A stretch of 62,567 nucleotides of DNA, counting the filler. It is 8 parts of 8 records of this genome, joined end to end, with 100 filler letters (N's around TTAATTAATTAA, not from the genome) between each part and the next. Parts side by side here need not be neighbours in the genome. Positions count along the whole stretch, not along the records: positions 37,123 to 47,858 come from SRR31147125_33898; positions 47,959 to 57,136 come from SRR31147125_33899; 6 more parts are not named here. One strand, given 5' to 3'. A program made the position numbers and the translations under genes. The notes beneath the pieces were generated by a model, which was not told the DNA's origin, made no database searches, and saw nothing but the letters and a program-made list of their open reading frames with translations. Below, piece after piece: positions 40,606 through 51,726 of the stretch; positions within the stretch are counted from its first letter, which is position 1, and each line of letters opens with the position of its first letter.

Positions 40606-42698
40606 TTAGTGAGATGGAAAAGAGATCGTGAATTTCGTGCCATTATCCCGACACAACTCAATGTGGCCATCCAGCTGTTCGGTCAAGGTGCAAATGAGCT
40701 GCAAACCCAGGGAATCTGTATTGCGAAAATCTATATCAGGAGATAGTCCTATACCATTGTCCTGGATTACCAGTTTAAGCATTCCATTCTCAATAGATTC
40801 CATAGCAATACAAATTTCACCCTCTTTATCATCCGGAAATGCATATTTTAAGGAATTTGATATCAATTCGTTGATAACGAGTCCGCATGGTATAGCTGAA
40901 TCAATAGCTAATGAGATGTCCTGTGCTTTAATTATGAATTTTATAAACTTTTGTTTTTCAGTATATGCATCAAAGAGGTGATGTGTCAAATGATGTATAT
41001 ATTCGTCAAATTTTATTTTTGCAAGATCATTCGACTGATATAACTTTTCATGAATCAGCGCCATTGTTTTGACGCGCGTTTGACTTTCTTTAAACAAGGA
41101 AAGTGCTTCATCATCCTGAATGAACTGCGATTGAAGGCTCAGTAAACTCGAAATGACTTGCATATTATTTTTTACCCGATGATGAATTTCTTTTAAAAGA
41201 ACTTCTTTTTCTTTTAATGAATTTGTAATTTGCTGTTCTGCCAGTTTTGTTTCTTCAAAAAGAGAGCGATATTTTAATTCCGACTCGTGTTGTTTGACTT
41301 CTACCTGTTTTCTATCGGTGATATCCTGCAACAAGCCAAGAGTACCAACAATATCACCATTATCATTTTTGACCTGAACCGAAGAGTCTGTTAACCATTT
41401 TTCCTGCCCCGATTTAGTGAGGATTTTAACATCTGCTTTCCAGGACAATCCTTTTTCCAGTTCGATTTTTTTTGATGCTTTTAAAAGAGGTGTGTTTTGC
41501 ATATTTTTCAAAGGTACAACATCCTGAGAGATCTTTTTAAAAAGTTGTGGAGAAAATTCATTTGAGGCATAGCCGGTTAGCCGTATAATACCATCACCAA
41601 TAAATTCGTAAAATTCATTTCGGAAAATTTTATAATAAGGTACAGCGCCGGTAGCCTCAATGGCGCTTCTGTACAGTCGTTCGCTATTTTCCTTTGCTTT
41701 TTCAGCCTTCTTTTTTTCTGTTTCGATTTTTTTTCGCTCGATCGCAAAGGCAATATGTTCTGAAACAAAGGAGAGTAGATCGAGATCTTTTCTGGAATAA
41801 AGGGCATTTTTTATATAGCTTTGTACAACAACAACGCCTATTATACTCTGGTTTGTTTTAAGAGGCGCCCCCATCCATGAGGGAGAGGGTGTGCCGATGA
41901 GATCCACTTCTCCTTTATTAGCAAGATGTTTATGTGTTTTTTCGTCTATAAGGATGGCTTTGCCGCTTCTTCTGACATAATCCGTCAAACTTTTTTTAAT
42001 TGAATTGTCGTAAATTGATCAATATCGTCATAGGCATCGACAAAATAGGGAAAGGTATATGCTTCTTTATTTTCATCGTAAAGGGCTACAAAAAAGTTAG
42101 TGGTATCCACTAATCTGCTCAATTCGATATGGATGACATTAAGCAGTTCATACAGGTTATCTGACAAATTTGTTGATTCCGAGATATTGAAGAGGACAGA
42201 GTGAAGCTCTTCTGCTCGCTTACGTTCGCGAATTTCCTTTTCCAGTCGTTCTTTTTCGCTTTGATGGCTGTTGTTTTGATAAAAAGGATTGTGACTACGG
42301 ATAATGAGGAGATATTGCTCTTTGTTTAAGGCTAGCAATCTGGCATTTACAGAATTGTTTGTTGTAGAAATGGTATAAGAATTGTTTATGCTCGTATTTT
42401 TATTCTGTTGTACATCCCTGACGATATTCATAATGCTATTTGTCATGTTTTGCGGAATGATCCCGGTTATGCTTTTTCCAGTGTCTCTTTGGGAGATGTT
42501 GATGTTTTTCTGATAGGTACCTTGAATATCTATTATAATCCCATCCTGATTTAGAAAGACGAGTATATCGGGAAATTTTTCAATAACAGCGTGAATGTCT
42601 TGGTTTTTGTTTGTCATTTGTTTGGAAATTGAATCTTCAATGAGAGAAGTCTCATGTTTATCATATTTAGAATAGTCAGATGAAATGTTTTGTTTCAT
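40606..42698 (-). CDS. Soluble PAS-GAF-PAS HisKA_2-type histidine kinase; frameshift at ~41995
   Basis: GAF split across ORFs 41985-42698 and 40606-41988 at a T run; LLKEIHHRVKNNMQVI, NELISNSLKYA, DNGIG, SLGL. Confidence 0.9.
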
Positions 42699-42813
42699 AG
42701 TAAAATAGTCCGGATAATTTTGTCAAAATGATCGTTTTTTTGTGACAAAGTGGATAAAAACCAGGTGAGTGAATTCAAGATGTCCCTTTACATTTGTTTG
42801 TGCCAGACATTGT

Positions 42814-43431
42814 TTAGAAATTGTTTTCCTTTTTAAGTTCTCTCATTTCCTGCAAGAGTTTTTCTTTGCATTCCGGGCAGATTCCATGACTAAATTGAGC
42901 TTCTGTGTGTTCACTGATATATTGTTCCACTTGATGCCAATAATTTTTATCATCCCGAATTTTTTTACAATATGAGCAAATAGGCACGAGTCCCTGTAAT
43001 TGTTTTACATTTGAAATAGCTTGTTGTAACTCTGACAGTTTATTGGCAAGGTCTGTTTGCAGCTGGACGAGCCGGGTTCCGACCTTGATACGCGCTTGAA
43101 GTATTTCACGATCAACTGGTTTTGTAACATAGTCGTCGGCTCCGGCTTCCAGGCCGGCAATGATATCTCTTTTGTTGTCACGGGCGGTTAGTAATATTAT
43201 ATATATTTGCTTACCAGCGTCGCTTTTTCGCATGTGTTTGCATATGTCAGTCCCACTTAAACCGGGCATCATCCAGTCAAGTATGGCTATTTTGGGGGAT
43301 TTTTTAGATTGCAATATTTCTAAAGCCTTGTTGCCATCTTCTGCGACATCAACATTATAGCCCCACTTTTTAAGCATAACCTGCAGAACAAACCGGGCCG
43401 TGTTGTCGTCATCTGCAATCAGAATCCTCAT
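42814..43431 (-). CDS. Response regulator with C-terminal Cys/His zinc-ribbon-like domain
   Basis: ILIADDD, ILDWMMP, DDYVTKP; PICSYCKKIRDD..YW...FSHGICPEC. Confidence 0.9.
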   Translation of the reverse strand: MRILIADDDNTARFVLQVMLKKWGYNVDVAEDGNKALEILQSKKSPKIAILDWMMPGLSGTDICKHMRKSDAGKQIYIILLTARDNKRDIIAGLEAGADDYVTKPVDREILQARIKVGTRLVQLQTDLANKLSELQQAISNVKQLQGLVPICSYCKKIRDDKNYWHQVEQYISEHTEAQFSHGICPECKEKLLQEMRELKKENNF

Positions 43432-43461
43432 TCAAATATCTCCTTTGACCTTAAACCGATA

Positions 43462-43839
43462 TTATGATATTTTCAATGCGGTTTTTATGGTATGGTTCAG
43501 TTGTTTTTCGTGAAACGGTTTTAGTAAATATCCGTGTGGATTTACAGTGCTGGCTCTTTGTTTTGTTTTCTGATCCGAATGCGCTGTTAAAAAAATAATG
43601 GGTATATTGTAATGCTTTATTATATGTTGAGCTGCATTGATGCCATCCAGTTTACCCTTTAGCATAATATCCATGAGTATTAAATCCGGTTTTTTATTTG
43701 TGACCATTTGGATGGCTTCTTCACCAGTCGAAACAATATCCAAAACATCAAAGCCGAGTCGGCTGAGCATACCTTTAATATCCAAAGCCACGATTTTTTC
43801 ATCTTCCACTACCAGTATTTGTTTTTTTGATGCTGACAT
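43462..43839 (-). CDS. Single-domain response regulator
   Basis: ILVVEDE, ILMDIML, FLTAH, YLLKPF. Confidence 0.92.
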   Translation of the reverse strand: MSASKKQILVVEDEKIVALDIKGMLSRLGFDVLDIVSTGEEAIQMVTNKKPDLILMDIMLKGKLDGINAAQHIIKHYNIPIIFLTAHSDQKTKQRASTVNPHGYLLKPFHEKQLNHTIKTALKIS

Positions 43840-43971
43840 GCAACCAATCTTTCTTATTTACGAGAAAAAGATTTGTACGTTTTAGATGGTTTTACGTCCA
43901 ATACTAAAAGTTTCTTGTTTACTTGGCATAAAATAAATAATATAAGATCAAACAATGCAAGCGTATCATTG

Positions 43972-44229
43972 TTAATATTTTGTTGTATGTTTTGGTTGTT
44001 TTATCGTGATCGTTAAAAGTTCGAGTCCGTTCATTTTGGGCATGTTTATATCCAGCAAGATGAGGCAAGGTTGCTGTTTCGTCTCATTCAGGAGATATTC
44101 TAATGCTTCTTCACCATTACCGACTGTTATCAATTGATTGTGTATGTTCAATTCAGATAAAACGCGGTGAACCGTCATAGAATCTATCAAGTCATCTTCA
44201 ACTAATAGGATAGGCTTGTTATTATGCGT
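43972..44229 (-). pseudogene. Truncated Rcp1-like response regulator with ACG in place of the start codon
   Basis: GGGGAG RBS then ACG-HNNKPILLVEDD...ILLDINMPKMNGLELL; similarity then stops, with no T/S or KP motif. Confidence 0.7.
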
Positions 44230-44760
44230 TTATTTTCTCCCCACAATGCTGTTAAATCGAGGTGAAATAGTTAAAAAAATCGCACATGATTTTTCTAACT
44301 CGATGTTATATTCTAAGATAGCTAAATTGCAAATATCATTCCTCGATAGTGTCAATTTTAGATACATTTTAATTTTGTTTTTGGTCCTTTTGTAACAAGC
44401 GCTGGTTTATTGTTCATTTTGTCAGAGATACAGAGCCTTTATAGTATTAATAATTAACTCTTTAACCCGGGAAAGGCTGTTAATGATCTTATTCACATCT
44501 AACCATGTTTATGTCAGGATGTTAGGAGGATTTTTATTTGCTATTTATGTGTAAAATTTGTAATTATTAGACATTTCGTGTGACATAAATGGGGCAATTT
44601 GAACTTTTAAACAAAGAAGGAAATAAGTGCTGGAAACAGTAAAAATGTATTGATTTTTTCATTTATATTATATATATTAATAGTCTTTGCATGAAATGAA
44701 TTGTATTGAATATATAACCTATTAAAGATGAAAGACTAGAAACTTTTTTTGAGAGATACT

Positions 44761-46842
44761 ATGAATATGAATCTACAAAAAATGCGGAATATTGGAATCA
44801 GTGCGCATATCGACTCTGGTAAAACAACCCTGACAGAGAGGATCCTGTTTTACACACAAAAGATACATGCCATTCACGAAGTGAGAGGTAAGGATGGTGT
44901 GGGCGCAAAAATGGATTCCATGGAATTGGAACGAGAAAGAGGTATCACCATTTCTTCCGCTTCGACAAATGTGGAATGGGATAACCATTCTGTTAATATA
45001 ATCGATACTCCCGGTCACGTGGATTTTACTATTGAGGTAGAACGATCATTGCGTGTTCTTGACGGAGCTGTTTTGGTTCTCTGTTCTGTTGGTGGCGTGC
45101 AGTCGCAATCCATTACAGTAGATCGACAGATGACCCGATATAAAGTGCCCCGAATTGCTTTTATAAACAAATGTGACAGAATGGGAGCCAATCCTGAAAA
45201 AGTTGTTGAGCAATTACGCGACAAGCTTAATCATAACGCTGTTCTTATGCAAATCCCCATTGGGTTAGAAGCTGATTTTGAAGGAGTTGTAGACCTGGTC
45301 AAAATGAAAGCCTATTACTTTGACGGACCTGGTGGTGAACAGATTCGGGTAGAAAACATTCCAGCCAATTTGATGGACGAGGCATTGGAAAAACGGGATA
45401 TTTTATTGGATGCTGCCTCGATGTTCAGTGATGAATTGGCAGAAGCCTACCTGGACGATAACGTGACCGAAGATCTGATTTACGATGCGGTCCGCAAGGG
45501 CACGTTAAGTCTGGATATGACACCTGTTTTTATTGGTTCTGCTGTTAAGAACAAGGGTGTACAGCCTCTTCTTGATGCCGTGGTAGACTATCTACCTTCA
45601 CCAAATGAAATCGAAAATATTGCCTTAGATTTAGACAACGATGAACAGGAAGTTGCTTTAAAAACAGACGCTAATGAGACCGCTGTATTAATTGCCTTTA
45701 AATTAGACGATACCCGGTTTGGACAGCTTACATATGTCCGGATATATCAGGGCACCATCAAAAAGGGTGATGAAATCGTTAATACCCGAAGTGGAAAAAA
45801 AGTAAGAATCGGACGACTTATCCGAATGCATTCTGATGAGATGCAGGATATCACAAGCGCTTATGCAGGTGATATTGTTGCCCTTTTTGGTGTTGATTGT
45901 GCTTCCGGAGACACGTTTACTTCAGGCGGATTGAATTTGTCCATGTCCTCTATGCACGTTCCCAATCCGGTTATCTCCTTATCTGTCAAGCCTGTTGATA
46001 ACAAGGCTTCTGAAAATATGGCCAAAGCGCTCAATCGGTTTTGTAAGGAAGATCCGACATTTCAAACTTTTGTCGATCCTGAGACAAATGATACCATTAT
46101 TCGTGGTATGGGTGAACTTCACCTGGATGTTTATATTGAGCGAATGAAGAGAGAATATGGTGCTGAAATTGAAATAGGTGCTCCTCAGGTCGCTTACCGT
46201 GAAAGTATTTCTCAGCAGGCTGCTTTTAATTATACACATAAAAAGCAATCTGGTGGTGCAGGTCAATATGGCCGGGTTGCTGGTATTATTGAGCCATCGC
46301 ACGAAGAGGATTATTTATTTATAGATCAGATCAAGGGTGGCGTTATACCAACGGAATATATTCCTTCCTGTAATAAAGGATTTAAAAGTTGCATGGGTAA
46401 GGGAGCCTTGATAGGATTTCCAATCGTAGGCGTCAAGATCACCTTAAATGACGGTGCTTATCACCCTGTAGACTCTTCAGATAATGCATTTCAGCAAGCA
46501 GCTGTTGGTGCCTTTCGTGATATATATAATAAATGTAGACCGATTATTCTTGAACCGATCATGCGTGTGGGTGTAGAAGGTCCGGCTGAATTCCAGGGTG
46601 CAATAATGGGTACATTAAATCAGAGAAGAGGAATTATTCACAGCGCTACCGAAGATAACAAGTTCACAGTTATCGAAGCAGATGTGCCTTTAAGTGAAAT
46701 GTTCGGTTATTCTACAGTTTTAAGATCTGCAACTCAGGGAAAAGCCGAATTCACGATGGAATTTACGCGTTATGCTAAAGTTCCTGAGTCAATTTCCGAG
46801 GCTCTTAAAAAAGAATTTGCTGATAATAAAAAAAGTAAGTAA
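44761..46842 (+). CDS. fusA: Elongation factor G (stand-alone, spdEFG1/mtEFG1-like)
   Basis: [74 protein letters not shown]. Confidence 0.97.
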   Translation: MNMNLQKMRNIGISAHIDSGKTTLTERILFYTQKIHAIHEVRGKDGVGAKMDSMELERERGITISSASTNVEWDNHSVNIIDTPGHVDFTIEVERSLRVLDGAVLVLCSVGGVQSQSITVDRQMTRYKVPRIAFINKCDRMGANPEKVVEQLRDKLNHNAVLMQIPIGLEADFEGVVDLVKMKAYYFDGPGGEQIRVENIPANLMDEALEKRDILLDAASMFSDELAEAYLDDNVTEDLIYDAVRKGTLSLDMTPVFIGSAVKNKGVQPLLDAVVDYLPSPNEIENIALDLDNDEQEVALKTDANETAVLIAFKLDDTRFGQLTYVRIYQGTIKKGDEIVNTRSGKKVRIGRLIRMHSDEMQDITSAYAGDIVALFGVDCASGDTFTSGGLNLSMSSMHVPNPVISLSVKPVDNKASENMAKALNRFCKEDPTFQTFVDPETNDTIIRGMGELHLDVYIERMKREYGAEIEIGAPQVAYRESISQQAAFNYTHKKQSGGAGQYGRVAGIIEPSHEEDYLFIDQIKGGVIPTEYIPSCNKGFKSCMGKGALIGFPIVGVKITLNDGAYHPVDSSDNAFQQAAVGAFRDIYNKCRPIILEPIMRVGVEGPAEFQGAIMGTLNQRRGIIHSATEDNKFTVIEADVPLSEMFGYSTVLRSATQGKAEFTMEFTRYAKVPESISEALKKEFADNKKSK

Positions 46843-46920
46843 TTTATATAAAAATTGTTATCTTTTCATAAACTTTTTAGTGTGGTTAATACTCCCCTCA
46901 AAAGGTAAAGAGGATTTAGT

Positions 46921-47631
46921 ATGTTAAAAAAAGAACTAATTAAAAGAAGTCCTATTCGTGTTCTGGAAAAATCAATTCATGGAGGATTGGGTAAAGGCAA
47001 CCTTGGTGTCTTTACGGCGAGAAAAGGAGTCGGTAAGACTGCGAGTCTCGTTCACTTTGCAATCGACCGTCTTTTTCATGGTCAGCGGGTGTTACACATC
47101 TCATTTGCGGACGAGCCACAACACATAGAACATTGGTATAAACAAGTTTTCAACGAAGTCGCCACTGTAAACAAACTTGAAATTGATTCAGAAAGTTTTA
47201 ACGAAATCCTACCCAGACGTCTTATACTCCATTTTAAACAGGCAGAATTTGATTTAGAACTGGTCAAATTAAGCATATTACGTATCATCAATGAGGGATC
47301 CTTTGCTCCCGATTTGATCATCGTAGATGGATATCCTTTAGATGAGGCCAACGGTGGTTTTGTAAAATTCTGGAAAACTTTTGCTGGCGAACAAAACGTT
47401 GAAGTCTGGTTTTCAGCAACGTTACATCGCGAGAAACTTCAGCTTGATGAAAATGGGATACCGGCACCGGTCAATAAATACGTGGATATGTTTTCCGTTA
47501 TCATAATGCTTGAACCAACGCAAAGTTTTATTGATCTTAAATTGCTCAAAGATCACGATTCAACAAATTTTGAAAAATTAAGGCTCAAATTAGATCCAAG
47601 AACACTGTTGATTGCGAATCGTCGGGCGTAA
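46921..47631 (+). CDS. RecA/KaiC/DnaB-like P-loop ATPase of unknown function
   Basis: HGGLGKGNLGVFTARKGVGKT (Walker A), VLHIS, LIIVDG (Walker B), VWFSA. Confidence 0.8.
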   Translation: MLKKELIKRSPIRVLEKSIHGGLGKGNLGVFTARKGVGKTASLVHFAIDRLFHGQRVLHISFADEPQHIEHWYKQVFNEVATVNKLEIDSESFNEILPRRLILHFKQAEFDLELVKLSILRIINEGSFAPDLIIVDGYPLDEANGGFVKFWKTFAGEQNVEVWFSATLHREKLQLDENGIPAPVNKYVDMFSVIIMLEPTQSFIDLKLLKDHDSTNFEKLRLKLDPRTLLIANRRA

Positions 47632-47656
47632 AATTTCGGAACATAGAAGACTATTA

Positions 47657-47686
47657 AAAGGAAGACATTTTGTCTTCCTTTTTTTA
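47657..47686 (+). terminator. Rho-independent terminator
   Basis: AAAGGAAGACA-TTT-TGTCTTCCTTT plus T run. Confidence 0.88.
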
Positions 47687-47858
47687 TATAAACCGGTAAA
47701 TCCCGAACCTGACGATTCCGTCTTATATATTTAATGTTGAAAAAGTAAGTATTTCCCCCTCCGATTTGTATTTCCCTTTTACAACAAGAGCGTGCTATTT
47801 ATTAACTGTGATTTTTCTAAATGGAAGGATTATATCTGATTTATGATGTGTAAAAAAA

Positions 47859-47958
47859 NNNNNNNNNNNNNNNNNNNNNNNNNNNNNNNNNNNNNNNNNN
47901 NNTTAATTAATTAANNNNNNNNNNNNNNNNNNNNNNNNNNNNNNNNNNNNNNNNNNNN
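47859..47958. other. Artificial contig linker
   Basis: N44-TTAATTAATTAA-N44. Confidence 0.99.
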
Positions 47959-48251
47959 TTGCAAGTGGCCGACGTTAGAACCACCCCCCTTTTATCGATC
48001 ACCAGCCAGTCTGATGCTACTCTTAATTTTTTAAGTATACCGTTATTAACCTTTAGAAAAATGATTTCTGAATAGTCATGTTTTGGATATCTATACCTGA
48101 ATTTGTATAGATGTTAGACAGACAAAAAAATTGCTACCATTGCTCGTCTTGGATTTCAAAATTCAATGTGAGCAATAATCGACATAATGATCGCTTCTCA
48201 AGGGCATAAATATTTGGCACCTGTCTCCAATTTTTGGTAAAGATCAAGACG

Positions 48252-49616
48252 TCAATGATTCAGAATGTAACCAATTCTATCACGAATTTTTTCAGAAATT
48301 GTTTTTTGTGGGCCGGCAAGCCATGCATCAAGGCTTGTGCGGTCAAAGAAGGATAATGGTGTGGTTTCAGCGCGGACATGCTCCACAGTGTGGGAATTCG
48401 TAATAAACGTCTCTTTACCTGAGACAACCCCATCGATCACGTTGATCCCCATGGCACACTGATTGATTGGGATGCCACCGCAGACACGATCTGCCATTCG
48501 GGCCAGGTCACTGCCGAGCACCAGCATCTCCAGAGAACCGGTTTTTCCAGAAGAGAGGAACCCCAGATTATGGATAAAGCCTGCGCGGCTCATAACTGCG
48601 GTGTTGATGCTCAGGCTGGCCTCTGCCACGGCCTGGGCATCGACCCTATGGGAATCCGAGCAGCCTGCGCCGATCCAGTTGGGAAGCCGGAGGTCCGTAT
48701 AGTAATCCACACTGGCCAGGCAGGCCAGTGAGTATTCAGGGGCGCCGTAGGCCAGGCTGCCGGTTTTCATATCCATGGGCAGTATGGGGGAGCCGGTAAT
48801 AAACGGGGCACCAGGATTTTCCAGTTGATGGATGACAAGCCCTGCCAGGCCTTCAGCCGCTGATTGAGCAAGAGCCCCGGACAGGGTCATGGGGCCTGTA
48901 ACACCGGGGATCAAACCGGAATAGAAGATAATAGGCAACGCCCTTTTGGCAGCAAACCGGATACGCCGGCAGGTGTCGGCACCGATGCTCAAGGGGGAAT
49001 CCGGCCCGATGAGATCCACGGCAATGGGGCGGTGAGACAAAACCTCCCATCCCCCGGCCACCTGAGACAAATACTCCCATATTTCTTGGGTTTGCGCATC
49101 ATTGTGGCCGATAAAAGTCAAGGGTTTTGCCGACTGTTCGACCATGGCCTGAACCGTTTTAATGGGGGCCTCTTCCGGCCGGATATCCGAGGGCCAGCCA
49201 AGGGAGCTGACGATATTCACATTGTCCAGCTGATCGCACACCCGGGCGGCATTGGATACATCTTTAAGCAGAGAGGGCCTGTGTACACCGGTTCTGTGAT
49301 CAAGTGTGGTCATACAGTTAGATCCGGGGGTTAGACAGGATCTATCATCCTCTGTATCCACGGCAACCTGCCCATTTCGGTGGTACAGCTTTACGGACGC
49401 AGGTGCCATTGATAGGGCATCCTGCACCATATCCGCTCCAAAAAGCAACCGGCCTTCGGCCGTTACTCTGCATCCGTTGTCCTTTAACAAGGTCCGGGTG
49501 GCCGGATCATGGACAAGGACGCCGGTTTTCTCCATGATTTGCAGGGTGGTTCCATGGATGGCAATTGTGTCTTCCCTGCTCAATGTCTGCAGGCAAGACT
49601 TTTTTCTATTCCTCAT
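48252..49616 (-). CDS. mttB: Trimethylamine methyltransferase (MttB) superfamily protein, non-pyrrolysine
   Basis: IH..TL.I.EK.GV, GVTGPMTLSGALAQ..AE.LAG, NPGAPFI, MDMKTG...YGAPE, GCSDSHRVDAQA..E; no in-frame TAG. Confidence 0.9.
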   Translation of the reverse strand: MRNRKKSCLQTLSREDTIAIHGTTLQIMEKTGVLVHDPATRTLLKDNGCRVTAEGRLLFGADMVQDALSMAPASVKLYHRNGQVAVDTEDDRSCLTPGSNCMTTLDHRTGVHRPSLLKDVSNAARVCDQLDNVNIVSSLGWPSDIRPEEAPIKTVQAMVEQSAKPLTFIGHNDAQTQEIWEYLSQVAGGWEVLSHRPIAVDLIGPDSPLSIGADTCRRIRFAAKRALPIIFYSGLIPGVTGPMTLSGALAQSAAEGLAGLVIHQLENPGAPFITGSPILPMDMKTGSLAYGAPEYSLACLASVDYYTDLRLPNWIGAGCSDSHRVDAQAVAEASLSINTAVMSRAGFIHNLGFLSSGKTGSLEMLVLGSDLARMADRVCGGIPINQCAMGINVIDGVVSGKETFITNSHTVEHVRAETTPLSFFDRTSLDAWLAGPQKTISEKIRDRIGYILNH

Positions 49617-51713
49617 TCTTTTGTTCCATGGCCAATAGAGGTGGCACCGCCCTCAAACACCGTTATCCGGCACTGCAAAGACCCGAATGGGGGTAGCCCG
49701 ACACTGGGTCCAGTGCTGCATCATCCGTCAGAAGATTTACATTCGCCTGACGCCATCCAGTGGCCATACGCACCACCCGGGGATGAATTTTACCACTGAC
49801 TTTTGCTTTTACTTCTATCCGGCCCCTGCGGGTTTCCACGGCAACCATATCTCCATCTGAAATGCCTTGTTCTTCGGCGGTCCGGGGATGGATCTCAATC
49901 CAGGGAGCCGGCACCCGCTGTGTCAGGGAGGGGATATTGCGGTATCTGGAGAGGGTATATTCAAGAAGTCGCCCCCGGAAGTCAGGGTCAGGGGGTATCG
50001 CTCTTTTACGCCATGGTATTTGATGGGACTTTCAGCGGGTTCTTCATACAACGGCAGGGGGGCAGCACCATTATCCTGCATGGTCTGAGAATAAAGCTCA
50101 ACCTTTCCCGAAGGGGTTTGAAATCCTTCCTTTTTATGAATTCCAACCCTTTTGTGGCCAAGGCTGATGGTCATTCCGGGCTGCTGTTTCAACTGTTGGA
50201 CGGTGATGCCTTTGGCGGCAAGGCGGTAATCATAGAGCGACCGGTCATCATCCCATGGAAAATATTCCTCATGCCCCAGGGCCTTGGCAAGGTCCAGCCA
50301 GAACTGCCATTCCGGCCGGCATTCCTCCGGAGGCGGTACCACCTGGTTCGCATAGGTGATGGTTTTACCGGACTGGAACTGGGCCACCCCCCACAGCTCG
50401 TTTCTTTCAAATGCCGCTGCACCGGGCAGCACAATATCTGCCATTTCAGCAGTGTCTGTCATAAACATCTCCATGACCACCAGAAAATCCAGCTTACTTA
50501 AGGCCTGTTTCACATGGCCGGCATTGGGAAAGGTCAACACCGGGTTGGCCCCGGTGATCACCATGGCTTTGATGGGATAGGGAGTCTTGTTGAGGATGGC
50601 ATCTGCCAGCATATTGGCCTGGGCATTGCGCGTCAGCTTATAGAACAGCGGATATTCCAATGCCCCTAAGGCATGAGGCGTAGGGGGCAGCATCTCTTTT
50701 AAAACAATCTCATGAAAATCGGGCAACGATTTCATCACTCCCCCGCCTCTGACATCCAGGTTACCGGTGATCGCTTCTAGGCAGGCGATGGCGCGGATGG
50801 CCTGGATAGCATTGGTATGAAGCTCCAACGCATTGCCCTGAAGTATGCAGCCGGGCCGATTCCGGCTGTACATCCGGGCAGCCTGCTCTATGGTCTCCTT
50901 GGGAATCCAGGTGATCTTTTCCACCTTTTCAGGCGGATATTGGGCGCTTAACGCTTTGAGTCGCTCCAGCCCGATGGTCCAGTTTGCTGTAAACGACGCG
51001 TCATGCAGATTGTGTTGAAATATGACATTCAGCATACCCAAGGCCAGGGCCCCGTCCGTACCGGGCCGGACCTGTAAATGAAGATCCGCGCGTTCAGCCA
51101 TGGAGGTTCGTGCCGGATCCACCACAATCAGGCGGGCTCCCTGGTTTTGCAGCGCCAGGATTTTTTGCGCCTTTAACGGGTTTGAGGCCCCGGGGTTGGT
51201 CCCCCACAACATGATGCAGCGGGCATGATCAAGATCCGGTTCCGGCAGGGCACCGCAGGTCAGTATATTGCCCAATTCCTTGGCCCAGTAGCACTGGCTT
51301 GAGGCCGAGCTGTAATTCGGGGTACCGTATACGTTGCAAAACCGCATGATCAAGGGTTCAATGTCCTGAATCACCCCTTCAAGCCCCATGTGAATGGCCG
51401 TGGCATGGGCCCCGTATTTTTCTTTGGCGGTTTGAAGGCGCTCCGCGATCAACTGGATGGCGCTCTGCCATGAAATTTTTTTCCAACGATTGCCCTGCCT
51501 CTGAAGGGGATGGATCAACCGATCCGGTGCGTTGATAATTTCTGGTATCGCCCGCCCTTTGGGACAGATATACCCCCGACTGACCGAGTCCTCCCGGTCG
51601 CCTTGTGCCCTGATAATCCGATTTTTTTCGATGTGCAGTCGAAGCCCGCACTGACCACGGCACAGCCGACAAGGGGTTTTGACCATGGTTCGTCCGTTAT
51701 TTAAATCCGTCAA
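49613..51713 (-). CDS. Cytoplasmic Mo/W-bis-PGD oxidoreductase (acetylene-hydratase-like), with frameshifts near 49935 and 49690
   Basis: CRLCRGQC...ICPKG 4Fe-4S motif, ASSQC (probable Cys ligand), VRPGTDGALAL, AITGNLD, TAEMADIVLP, TPSGKVEL, IEIHP..A; corrected frame ends in an ATGA overlap with mttB; no Tat leader. Confidence 0.88.
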
Positions 51714-51726
51714 TGTGAGTCCCTTC

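Noticed and set aside
47959-48250. Possible further gene (e.g. corrinoid protein) after mttB
   Set aside because: No sustained ORF with an RBS or DxHxxG motif before the contig end.
48252-49616. Pyrrolysine readthrough in MttB
   Set aside because: No in-frame TAG; the ORF is continuous.
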